Source: Antedon mediterranea
Taxonomy: Eukaryota; Animalia; Echinodermata
Direction of reading: 5' to 3'
NCBI RefSeq assembly: GCF_964355755.1
Contig: NC_092675.1
Coordinates: 12,023,812 to 12,087,811, forward strand
Length of the DNA stretch: 64,000 nucleotides
This document shows, one piece after another, positions 12,942 through 24,969 of the stretch. Made by a program: the position numbers and the translations under genes. Numbering within the stretch: position 1 is the first letter of the stretch; each line of letters begins with the position of its first letter. The notes under the pieces are model-generated. The model saw only the letters and a program-made list of their open reading frames with translations. It searched no databases and was not told where the DNA came from.

Positions 12942-14203
12942 CTAGATCTGTAACTCGTCACTTGAGGACGAGTTTGGTTATCCGCCCGTAACAAAACGTA
13001 TCTGGCGCATTCAAGTACCTTTCAATTATGACTTTTCCAAAAGTAGCCTATTCGAAATTAAAACTGCCCTTTCATTGTAATAACCAAATAAATCCTTTTA
13101 TTTAATTGTTTTCGCCTGATGGGATTCGATCCCGGTACCTCTGATACCAAAGTCGATGGCACTACACATCGAGTCATATGAGCACCTGCTGAAGAGAATC
13201 CGAAGAAAGTTAACTCGTCCATTCGGTATGTCGTGAACCACTCGATGCAAATAGATTATTACTTACCAAACTAAATCATAATTTTCACTATGATGAAATC
13301 GTCACAAATTTTATACAGTGACATATTATGAAAGTGCACACTTGAAAGTTTTATATATTAACATGTGAAGAAAAAAGATAAACGTTATGTTTATTGTTTT
13401 GCTCTTTGAAAATGTTATTGTTTGTTTAATGATAAAAATTTCAAAAATTATATTTAATATGCAAATAATGTAGTCATCAAACACGTTTTAACATTCAACA
13501 CTATAATAAATCAGACCTATGATTCATACACTGCATGAAAATAAAATAAAAAATAGGGGTAACCTTGCATTCTGATGAACTGTATCGTTTTTAAAAGTAT
13601 ACATATTTTGCAACATTTTCACAATTTTTTAACGTTTTACGTGCGCAACCAGTCATGTTTAACGTGCTCGTAGAACGCCATTTGAAGTTGAAAAGTGAAT
13701 AAAATAACGTAAAATTGTTAACCGAAGATTGAAAAACACAAATCATGCAAAAGAAATGCTCATACGTGTTTCCTGCGCCGTGCGCGCGTAAAAATGTGCG
13801 CACCTGGTGGCAATTTTTCAAACGCTTAAAATGACCTGAATCGTGCTCTAATTTAATCAGAAATTGATTTAGAGCATTTTAAAATTTCAAACGCAGTTTA
13901 CTCGCGCACTTTCCAATTTTACAAATTTCGGTAGCGATAAAAAAGTTAGCAATTGATGTGAAGCAAACATGGCTGAAATTTACGTTAAAAAATATTCATC
14001 TGTTTCGAAGTTATGATCAACTTAGGATTTTTTGAAAATCGCACGTGACTCACGCTACGCGGTTCTGCCAGCGTCCAAAAGCTTGGCTGCACATCTTCAG
14101 CTAAATGTCTAAATGTTTAACAAGTTACAACATGTTATGTTAACAGGTTGCAGAGAAAAGCTGAACACAAAAATCGGCGGAAATAGAGAAGAATAATAAA
14201 AAA
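12942..14203 (-). mobile_element. Family B unit B4 body (terminus at 15686-15735)
   Basis: CTAG at 12942; interrupted in the A-tract by C1. Confidence 0.75.
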
Positions 14204-15685
14204 CTAGATTTAATTCGTCACTATGACGAATTATAGGTTATATGCATTGATTTAAATAAAGATAATTGATTTTTAAAAGATATATTGATTGATTGATTTT
14301 CTCAGAATCTTTAATTATTAATAATATATGATAGGACCTTGCTAACGCGAACACCATAGCCGGTATCACAATCCGATCAAAGATCCATATGCGTATAATG
14401 TCATAAACCACATTTGTTGTTACATAATAATAAAGACATAAGTTAATTTTTATCTAGATTTCATTATAAATCATGTGTATAATCTATACACTAAGAAATA
14501 AATTTGAACAAACAATACGGATAATAAAAAAAAATCTTATTTAGTTTCCCAAGGTGAGACTCGATCTCGGTACCTTGAATGCCATAGACACGAGCACAGA
14601 CCATCGAGCCATATACAACTGACTAAAAGTTGTAGAAAAATTCCTGCGTGTATTTACTATGCAGTAACCACTTTGTTGCAAATAGATTATTACATACCGA
14701 AATGAATTATAATTTTTTACTATGACGACATCTTTAAAATGTAAACAAATGATGCACTGTCAAACTACATACTTTTAAATTTAATATATGAACTTTTGAA
14801 GAAAGAAAGTTAATGTTAAGTTTGTTATTTCGGCCTAAGAAAATGTCATAATTTGTTTGGTTGTCGAAATTATTTTTTTTAAATTTAATATGCAATTAAT
14901 GATGACTTAATTAACTTTTGTTCTCTTAATTTGATAATAAATCATACATATGATACATACACTTCAAGAAAATGAAATAAAAAATAGGTGTTCCCCTGCA
15001 TTCTGACGATATATATTAATTTAAAAATTTAGCATATTTTCACCATTTTGTTAACTTATACGTGCGTAGCCAGTCACTTTTGACGTGCTCGTATAACGCA
15101 ATTTCGAGTTGAAACCTGAATCAAATATGATGATAGTATTAAAGAAAGATTGTAAAACAGAAATCGGGCAAAAAGAGTGCGCAGTAACGTTTAACGCGCA
15201 GTGCGCGTGCAAAAATATGCGCACTCATGGCAATTTTTTAAACGCTTAAAATTGCCTGAAACGTACTCTAATTTCATCGAAAATAAATTTGGAGAATTTT
15301 GAACATTTTAAGCGCGCGTACGCAAGCGTTATATGCGCTACGCACGTAATTGTATTGCCATATGATGAAATATGACCTGAAATTTATGAGTACCAAATTT
15401 TGTTTTATTGTGGTTCATGCTTGTGAAGATATGATTACAAACACGATTTCGTAAAATCGCGCGTAGACCGCGTAATTTTTGATTGCGCATCGTGAAAATA
15501 TAACCACATCGATTCCTGGCCATAAGGAATATACACTGAAAAATTGACTAAGTAAGATGAAACTGATGCCAAGATAATTCACGGACAAATAGTGCTAAGG
15601 AAAGAATAAATAAATAAATAAATAAAGAAATAAATAAAGATTTTGACAGAATCAAGAGGTTATATGCATATCATGCATATAACCT
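14204..15685 (-). mobile_element. Family C unit C1 (complete)
   Basis: CTAG, hairpin AATTCGTCA-CTA-TGACGAATT, subTIR AGGTTATATGC; ends (AAAT)n..AGGTTATATGCATATCATGCATATAACCT. Confidence 0.8.
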
Positions 15686-15737
15686 AAAAAGTAACACTAC
15701 AATTCCAAGGGCTTATCCGCTTGAGGCGGATAACCAA

Positions 15738-17002
15738 CTAGAACTTAAACTCGTCACTTGAGGACGAGTTTGGTTATCCGCCCGCCACAAAACGTATCTT
15801 GCGTATTCAAGTACTTCTCAGTTATGACTTTTCCAAAAAAAGTAGCCTATTCAAAAGTAAAACTGCCCGTTCGGTGTAATAACCATTTAAATCCTGTTAT
15901 TAAATTACTTTCCCGTGATGGGATTCGATCCCGGTACCTCTGATACCAAAGTCGGTGGCACTGCACATCGAGCCATATGAGCACCTACTGAAGAGAATCC
16001 GAAGAAAGTTAACTCGTCCATTCGGTATGTCGTGAACCACTCGATGCAGATAGATTATTACTTACCAAACTAAATCATAATTTTCACTATGATGAAATCT
16101 TCACAAATTTTAACCAGTGACATATTATGAAAGTGCATACTTTTAAGTTTTATATATTAACATGTAAAGAAAAAAGATAAACGTTATGTTTATTGCTTTG
16201 CTCTTTGAAAAAGTTTATGTTTGTTTGATGATAACAATTTCAAAAATTATATTTAATATGCAAATAATGTAGCCATCAAACACGTTTTAACATTCAACAC
16301 TATAATAAATCAGACCTATGATTCATACACTGCAAGAAAATAAAATAAAAAATAGGGGTAACCTTGCATTCTGATGAACTGTATCATTTTTAAAAGTATA
16401 CATATTTTGCAACATTTTCACAATTTTTTAACATTTTACGTGCGCAACCAGTCATGTTTAACGTGCTCGTAGAACGCCATTTGAAGTTGAAAAGTGAATG
16501 AAATAACGTAAAATTGTTAATCGAAGATTGAAAAACACAAATCGTGCAAAAGAAATGCTCATACGTGTTTCCTGCACCGTGCGCGCGTAAAAATGTGCGC
16601 ACCTGGTGGCAATTTTTCAAAGGCTTAAAATGACCTGAATCGTGCTCTAATTTAATCAGAAATTGATTTGGAGCATTTTAAAATTTCAAACGCCGTTTAC
16701 TCGCGCACTTTTAAATGTTACAAATTTCGGTAGCGATAAAAAAGTTAGCAATTGATGTGAAGCAAACGTGGCTGAAAATGACGTTAAAAAATATTCATCT
16801 GTTTTGAAGTTATGATCAACTTAGGATTTTCTGAAAATCACGCGTAACTTACGCTACGCGGCTCTGACAGCGTCCAAAAGCTTGGCTGCACATCTTCAGC
16901 TAAATGTCTAAATGTTTACCAAGTTACAAAATGTTATGTTAACAGGTTGCAGAGAAAAGCTGAACACAAAAATCGGCGGAAATAGAGAAGAATAATAAAA
17001 AA
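15738..17002 (-). mobile_element. Family B unit B5 body (terminus at 20223-20272)
   Basis: Same subfamily as B4 (AAAATCGGCGGAAATAGAGAAG); interrupted by D1. Confidence 0.75.
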
Positions 17003-18523
17003 CTAGACATGTAACTCGTCACTTTGACGAGTTTGGTTATCCGCCGCGCAAGTGGTGCAACATTAACATTAAGGGGATAGGTTGAGGACAAAAGGAAGTG
17101 TTCACGTTGGCATTATGACCTGAACTGAAGAATATGATATGTTGTTATTGCTGAATTTTATTATTTAAATTCATATATAGTATACACAGTATCTGTATCC
17201 ATATCACATACAGTGTAGAATAGGTGAAATTACGGGACCCGCTATTTATTGCAATTTTTAACATGTTGACGGTTTTAAAATGAAACGCGAAGGTAGCAAT
17301 TCCGAAAGGAAATTATCTCAGCAACAACGTATTAGCGTGTAGAAGAAATTTGAATACGTGAAATATTGATGCGCGCTCTTTTAAATGTAATGAATTATGA
17401 CGCAAAAGATGAAAATACGACCTTTTTTATTTAACTGGCCATATGATGACGTCACAACATCCGATTGGCAACATTTTTACATAATTTCGTATCTACAATC
17501 CAATAGCTTCCAGAAAAAGTTTTAATCGTGATTATCACATTTTATTCTTACGAGCTATAACAGATTAAAATTTACTGTAAAGATGAAATTAATGCCACAC
17601 GTGATTTAAATTTTTAGGCATGATGACGTCAAAAAAATTAAAATATTTTTAACTCATGCGAAAGATACTTGATTGACCTAGACAATATCAAAATCGGGGT
17701 GAAAATGGAAAACGGATAAGTGGAGATGCGCTCTATTCAATGTGATGAGCTATGACGAAAGATACAAAAATCCTAAATTTTATATTCGTGTGGCCATACG
17801 ATGACGTCACAATGTCAGGTTAGCCATATTACTACTTGATCCGATATCTACAACTCATCTACTTCCAGAATATGCCATCCACAAAAAGTTGACCGTCTAG
17901 TTTAGAAATTACGACTGTTTAAAAAAAGGCATATTTTAAACGAATTTTTTACCCTTTTCATAAAAAACGCGCGCCAATTGTCCAATTCGACGTGCTCGTA
18001 TGACGTATCTTTAAGTCGAAATTGTTTAAAATTTCGTAAAATTACTTGAAAAAGCTGGAACAACATAAATCACGCGAAAAAAATACGTTTTCAATGCTAC
18101 GTGCGCACCGCACACGTAAAAATGTGCGCACGCGTGGGAATTTTTGACATGCTTAAAACGACATGAAACGCGTAGAAAGTTGATTATAAATTAATTTTGC
18201 GCATTTTGAAATTTTATATGCGCGTGCGCGCGTAACTTTGTGTAAAACACGCAATTTTTTTTCAACAGAAAGTTAGCGCATGATATAAATTAAACTTTTG
18301 CAAAGTTTCAAGTTGAAATGTTATTTGGTTGTCGAGCTATGTTAAATACGACAAATTCGTTAAATCGCGCGTAAGTCACGTTGCGCAATTGTAAACATCA
18401 TGAAAAGCTTCGCTGCACATCTTCATGTGCACGACGATATGTTGAGAAAGTTACAAAATGTTATGTTTGCAAGTTTTCGAGAAAAGCGTTCCACAAAAAT
18501 CATACAGAAAGAAAGAAGAGAAA
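17003..18523 (-). mobile_element. Family D unit D1 body (terminus at 20150-20222)
   Basis: CTAG, hairpin AACTCGTCA-CTT-TGACGAGTT; A-related body with ~355-bp diverged internal duplication. Confidence 0.75.
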
Positions 18524-20149
18524 CTAGATCTGAACTCGTCACTTGAGGACGAGTTTGGTTATCCGCCCGCAACAAAACATATTTTGAGCATTCAAGTACT
18601 TTTCAGTTTTTGGCTTTTCCAAAAAAGTAGCCTATTCGAAATTAAAACTGCCTTTTCAGTGTAACAACCAAATAAATCCTTATATTTAATTGTTTTCTCG
18701 TGACGGGACTCGATCCCGGTACCTCTGATACCAAAGTCGGTTGCACTACACATCGAGTCATATGAGCACCTGCCGAAGATAATCCGAAGAAAGATTACTC
18801 GTTCGTTCGGTATGTCGTGAACTCCCTCGATGCAAGTTGATTATTACATATCGAACTAAATCATAATTTTTACTATGATGAAATCTTCATAAATTTTAAA
18901 CAGTGACATATTATGAAAGAGCATACTTTCAAGTTTTATATATTAACATGTGAAGAAAAAATATAACAGTTATGTCTATTGTTTTGCTCTTTGAAAATGT
19001 TATCGTTTGTTTGATGATAACAATTTCCAAAATTATATTTAATATGCAAATAGTGTAGCCAGCAAACACGTTTTAACATTAAAAATTATTATAAATCAGA
19101 TCTATGATTCATAAACTGCAAGAAATAAAAATAAAAAATAGGGGTAACCTTGCATTCTGATGAACTGTATCGTTTTTAAAAGTAGACATATTTTGCAACA
19201 TTTTCACAATTTTTTGACGTTTTTCTGCGCAACCAGTCATGTTTAACGTGCTCGTAGAACGCCATTTCAAGTTGAATAGTGAATAAAATAACGTAAAATT
19301 GTTAACCAAAGATGTAAAAACATAAATCGTGTAAAAGAAATGCTCATACGCGTTCCCTGCGCCGTGCGCGCGTAAAAATGTGCGCACCAGTGGCAATTTT
19401 TTAAACGCTTAAAATGACCTGAATCGTGCTCTAATTTAATCAGAAATTAATTTCAAGCATTTTAAAACTTCAAACGTCGTTTACGCGCGCACTTTCGAAT
19501 GTTACAAAATTCGTTAGGGTTAAAAAAGTTAACAATTGATGTGAAGCAAACGTGGCTGAAAATTACGTTAAAAAATATTTATCTGTTTCAAAGTTATGAT
19601 CAATTTAAGATTTTCAGAAAATCGCGCGTAACTTACGATACGCGCCTCTGACAGCGTCCAAAAGCTTGGCTGCACAATTTCAGTTAGATGTCAAAATGTT
19701 GACCAAGTTACAACATGTTATGTTAACGCGTTGCAGAGAAACAGCGTGTACAAATTTGGAGAATTTTTAAATTTCAAACGCAATTTACGCGAAAATTTTC
19801 TAGTCTCCAAAAATTTGGTAGAGATCGAAAAAGTTAGCCATTGATGTGAAGAAAACGTGGCTGAAAATTTCGTTAAAAAATATTTATCGGTTTCGAAGTT
19901 ATGACCGATTTAAGATTTTCAGAAAATCGCGCGTAACTTACGCTACGCGGATCTGACATTGTCAAAAAGCTTGGCAGTACATCTTCAGTTAAATGTCTAT
20001 ATGTTGACGAAGTTACAACATGTTATGTTAACACGTTAAAGAGAAAACGCGTGCACAAAATCCGAGAAAGAAAGAAGAATAATAAAAAAAAAAAAAAAAA
20101 AAAAAGTAACACTACAATAACAAAGGTTATCCGCTTGAGGCGGATAACC
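18524..20149 (-). mobile_element. Family B unit B6 (complete)
   Basis: CTAG at 18524; terminal hairpin ends at 20149; near-identical to B7 over ~1.4 kb. Confidence 0.8.
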
Positions 20150-20504
20150 AATAAAAAGTTGATGTTGATGATGATTTCGTACAATCACAAGAGGTTATCC
20201 TGCAACTTCGTTGCGGATAACCAAAAAGTAACACTACAATTCCAAGGGCTTATCCGCTTGAGGCGGATAACCAAAAAAAAAAAAGTAACACTACAATAAC
20301 AAATGCTTATCCGCTTGAGGCGGATAACCAAAAAGTAACACTACAATTCCAAGGGCTTATCCGCTTGAGGCGGATAACCAATAAAAAAAAAAAAAAAGTA
20401 ACACTACAATAACAAATGCTTATCCGCTTGAGGCGGATAACCAATAAAAAAAAAAAAAAGTAACACTACAATAACAAATGCTTATCCGCTTGAGGCGGAT
20501 AACC
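20102..20504. repeat. Stack of seven ~50-70 bp 5'-terminal hairpin modules (one belonging to B6, six displaced)
   Basis: Modules end at 20149, 20222, 20272, 20329, 20379, 20442 and 20504, each ending in GCGGATAACC and separated by A-tracts. Confidence 0.9.
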
Positions 20505-20506
20505 AA

Positions 20507-22122
20507 CTAAACATGAAACTCGTCACTTTGACGAGTTAGTTATCCGCACGACAAACGCCACGCGCACGTCATACGTTGGAATTTTGCACACGGAAAAAAA
20601 TTATGACATTATGACCTGAACTGAAGAATATCATATGCTGTTAGTGCTGAATTCTGTCAATTTTGTGTCATATAGTATATACAGTGCAAACGGTATAATC
20701 TGTATACATGTTACATACAGTGTAGAATAGGTGAAATTACGGGTCCCCCCGTTTATTCTTATTTTTAACACGGCTTCGGTATCAAAATGAAACAATAAGA
20801 TAGCAATTTCGGAAGGAAATTATCTCAGCAGCAACATATTAACGTGTAGAAGGAATTTGAATACGTAAAATATAGATGCGCGCCCTTTTAAATGTGATGA
20901 ACTATTACGCAAAATATGAAAATACGACTTTTTTTATTCAACTGGCCATATGATGACGTCACAACATCCGATTGGCAAAATGTTTACATGAATTCGTATC
21001 TACAATCCAATAGCTTCCAGAAAACGTTTTAATCATGATTATCACGTTTTATTCTGACGAGCTATAACAGATTGAAATTTACTGTAAAGATGAAATTTAA
21101 GGCACAAGTAATTTAAATTTGTAGGCATGATGACGTCATAACAATTAAAATATTTTTAACTCATGCAAAGGATAGTTGATTGACCTAGACAATATCAAAA
21201 TCGGGGTGAAAATGGAAAACGGATAAGTGGAGATGCGCTCTATTAAATGTGATTCGCTATGACAAAAGAGAAAAAATCCCTATATTTTATATTCGAGTGG
21301 CCATACGATGACGTCATAATGTCCGGTTAGCCATATTGATGCATGATTCGATATCTACAACTCATCATCTTCCAGAATACGTAATAAAAACAACTTTTAC
21401 CGTTTAGTTTAGAAACTACAACTGTTTAAAAAAAGGTATAATTTTGACAAATTTTGATGAATTTTTGAACTTTTTCATAAAAAACGCACATAAATTATCC
21501 AATTCTACGGGCTCGTATGATCTGATTTTAAGTCGAAATCGTTTAAAACTTGGTAAAATTACTAGAAAAGGCTGGAAAAACCTAAATCACGCGAAAAAAA
21601 TTGTTTTCAACGCTACGTGCGCACCACGAGCGTAAAAATACGCACGCGCGTGGGAATTTTTTACATGCTCAAAATGACATGAAACGCGTAGAAAGTTGAT
21701 TAGAAATTGATTTTTCGCATTTTTAAATTTTAAATGCGCGTGCGCGCGTAACTTCGTGTGAAACATGCCATTTTTTTCCCACAGTCAGTTAGCGCAGAAT
21801 ATAAATTAAATTTTTGCTAAGTTTCAATTTAAATTGTTATATGGTTTTTGATTTATGTTAAATACGCGAAATTCGTTAAAACGCGCGTAAGTCATGTTGC
21901 GCAATTCTGACGTCATTTAAAAATAAAAAAGCACAACTTCACGTGAATGCCCATATGTTGACAAAGTTATGAAATGTTAATTTTACACGTTTTTGAGATA
22001 TGCTCTGCACAAAAATGACAGAAAGAAAGAAGAATACAGAAAAAAAAAAAAAAAAAAAAAAAAGATGATGAAACAGGACAGTTACAAGGAGTTATCCGCT
22101 GAATGCGGATATGCGGATAACT
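20507..22122 (-). mobile_element. Family D unit D2 (complete)
   Basis: CTAA start, subTIR variant AGTTATCCGC / GCGGATAACT at both ends. Confidence 0.8.
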
Positions 22123-22124
22123 AA

Positions 22125-23741
22125 CTAGATCTGAACTCGTCACTTGAGGACGAGTTTGGTTATCCGCCCGCAACAAAACATATCTTGAGCATTCAAGTAC
22201 TTTTCAGTTTTTGGCTTTTCCAAAAAAGTAGCCTATTCGAAATTAAAACTGCCTTTTCAGTGTAACAACCAAATAAATCCTTATATTTAATTGTTTTCCC
22301 GTGACGGGACTCGATCCCGGTACCTCTGATACCAAAGTCGGTTGCACTACACATCGAGTCATATGAGCACCTGCCGAAGATAATCCGAAGAAAGATTACT
22401 CGTTCGTTCGGTATGTCGTGAACTCCCTCGATGCAAGTTGATTATTACATATCGAACTAAATCATAATTTTTACTATGATGAAATCTTCATAAATTTTAA
22501 ACAGTGACATATTATGAAAGAGCATACTTTCAAGTTTTATATATTAACATGTGAAGAAAAAATATAACAGTTATGTCTATTGTTTTGCTCTTTGAAAATG
22601 TTATCGTTTGTTTGATGATAACAATTTCCAAAATTATATTTAATATGCAAATAGTGTAGCCAGCAAACACGTTTTAACATTAAAAATTATTATAAATCAG
22701 ATCTATGATTCATAAACTGCAAGAAATAAAAATAAAAAATAGGGGTAACCTTGCATTCTGATGAACTGTATCGTTTTTAAAAGTAGACATATTTTGCAAC
22801 ATTTTCACAATTTTTTGACGTTTTTCTGCGCAACCAGTCATGTTTAACGTGCTCGTAGAACGCCATTTCAAGTTGAATAGTGAATAAAATAACGTAAAAT
22901 TGTTAACCAAAGATGTAAAAACATAAATCGTGTAAAAGAAATGCTCATACGCGTTCCCTGCGCCGTGCGCGCGTAAAAATGTGCGCACCAGTGGCAATTT
23001 TTTAAACGCTTAAAATGACCTGAATCGTGCTCTAATTTAATCAGAAATTAATTTCAAGCATTTTAAAACTTCAAACGTCGTTTACGCGCGCACTTTCGAA
23101 TGTTACAAAATTCGTTAGGGTTAAAAAAGTTAACAATTGATGTGAAGCAAACGTGGCTGAAAATTACGTTAAAAAATATTTATCTGTTTCAAAGTTATGA
23201 TCAATTTAAGATTTTCAGAAAATCGCGCGTAACTTACGATACGCGCCTCTGACAGCGTCCAAAAGCTTGGCTGCACAATTTCAGTTAGATGTCAAAATGT
23301 TGACCAAGTTACAACATGTTATGTTAACGCGTTGCAGAGAAACAGCGTGTACAAATTTGGAGAATTTTTAAATTTCAAACGCAATTTACGCGAAAATTTT
23401 CTAGTCTCCAAAAATTTGGTAGAGATCGAAAAAGTTAGCCATTGATGTGAAGAAAACGTGGCTGAAAACTTCGTTAAAAAATATTTATCGGTTTTGAAGT
23501 TATGACCGATTTAAGATTTTCAGAAAATCGCGCGTAACTTACGCTACGCGTATCTGACAGCGTCCAAAAGCTTGGCTGCACAACTTCAGTTAAATGTCTA
23601 AATGTTGACCAAGTTACAACGTGTTATGTTAACACGTTGAAGAAAAACGTCGCGAACAAAAGTGGCGGAAAGAAAGAAGAATAATAAAAAAAAAAAAGAA
23701 ACACTACAATAACAAAGGTTATCCGCTTGAGGCGGATAACC
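22125..23741 (-). mobile_element. Family B unit B7 (complete)
   Basis: CTAG at 22125; terminal hairpin ends at 23741; followed by two orphan C-type termini (23742-23864). Confidence 0.8.
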
Positions 23742-24035
23742 AATAAATAAATAAATAAATAAAGATTTTGACAGAATCAAGAGGTTATATGCATATCATG
23801 CATATAACCTAATAAAGATTGTGACAGAATCAAGAGGTTATATGCATGATAATGCATATAACCTAATAATAATGCACTGTACGTAAATAAAATAGACGAA
23901 AAGTGGCAATAATTTGAATTATAAAAAAGAAACTTGTTTGAAAGGGAAAGACTTCAACTTCTAACAAAATCACTGAGTGATTCATTATAACAATAACTTA
24001 CTGGTGCTAAATAATGTAGATGTGTTTTTTTTCAG

Positions 24036-24178
24036 CCGCTGTTTGGAAGAATAGAAAAACAATAGAGGCTACAAAAAATGATGTCAAAGCAGTAATTGTA
24101 AGATTTCTGACAAACGCCCGAGATAGGGATGGTGGGCGAAACAAAAGGAGGAAAAATCCAGACGAACAGGAAATATAA
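24036..24178 (+). CDS. Putative terminal exon of a DUF4806-like transposon accessory gene
   Basis: Polypyrimidine-TTCAG acceptor then AVWKNRKTIEATKNDVKAVIVRFLTNARDRDGGRNKRR..stop; the A.DRDGGR C-terminal motif recalled from DUF4806-type proteins of CMC/EnSpm elements. Confidence 0.55.
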
Positions 24179-24389
24179 ACATTGTATTGAACATTTTTAT
24201 TACTACATTTACGTAGTGATCCGCATTAATTTGGTATAGGCCAACCAAAGCTTTGTTATGTAACTTTTATTTTGAAATTTTACAAAATGCAGTCATTATT
24301 TCATAATAAATGTTTTTAATCTTCAGTACAATCTTAAATATTGTCACTTAAAATCATCTACATTTGACCGTGATGCAGCAGCCAAAAAA

Positions 24390-24969
24390 GACAAATATGG
24401 GCCCTTTATGGAGCAATGATCTACGACGTGAAATCTATATTGAACCAACTTTTTGGCCCATACACTTTCTACATCTCGCCTGTCACCCATGATGAACCCT
24501 GAAGCATACATTCATTCGGGCAACCGTATAAGAATCGAGGGTGCACTGCATCGTACAGGCAAATATGTATGTGACCCACATTTTGGCCCCTATATATCCT
24601 CTACATGGCCCTTATGTAGCCCATGACTGACCATGAAGGTTCCCATAAAGGGCCCATATCTTTCTTAGGGTAAACATATATGGGACCCTTAAGGACATGA
24701 AGGGTGCACAGGCAGCTCTTTCCCGTATGGGAAAATCTATATGGGACCCATGTTTTGCCCCATATATATTTCCAATACAGGGCCCTTATGTAGCCCATGA
24801 GTGACCATGATGGTTCCCATAAAGGGATCTTTCTTAGGGCAAAAATCTATGGGGCCCTTAAGAATCTAGGATGCACAGGGAGCTCATTCCCGTATGGGCA
24901 AATGTGTATGGGACCAACATTTTGGCCCATTTATTTCCCATATGGGCCCAAGATTTTGTGCTACCTGGG
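24390..24969 (+). mobile_element. Right end of a CMC/EnSpm-like DNA transposon
   Basis: Subterminal ATGGG/CCCAT repeats including a ~174-bp tandem duplication (24607, 24781); ends GTGCTACCTGGG (CCCAG-type terminus). Confidence 0.55.

Larger units (their letters stand above)
1..23864 (-). mobile_element. Nested/tandem cluster of at least 17 non-autonomous Helentron-type (HINE/DINE-1-like) rolling-circle elements, four families (A-D)
   Basis: On the + strand, units begin CTAG(N5-6)-hairpin AACTCGTC..GACGAGTT-GGTTATCCGC and end with an A-rich tract plus hairpin GGTTATCCGC..GCGGATAACC. On the - strand this reads 5' subTIR + IR + T-tract ... 3' subTIR + stem-loop + CTAG, inserted in TT. No Rep/helicase ORF. 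Confidence 0.85.

Noticed and set aside
20102-20504. CRISPR-like array of palindromic repeats
   Set aside because: Spacers are A-tracts and recurring element ends, not unique sequences; no cas genes; eukaryotic context; explained by nested insertions.
1143-23780. Recurrent 60-95 aa ORFs (MTSSC.., MKFIK.., MPLVR..)
   Set aside because: Recur only because the repeat recurs; frames are broken in sibling copies, many use non-ATG starts, and no domains are recognisable.
1-23864. Integron cassette array or plain satellite DNA
   Set aside because: No gene cassettes or integrase; units belong to several families and interrupt each other, which homogeneous satellites do not.
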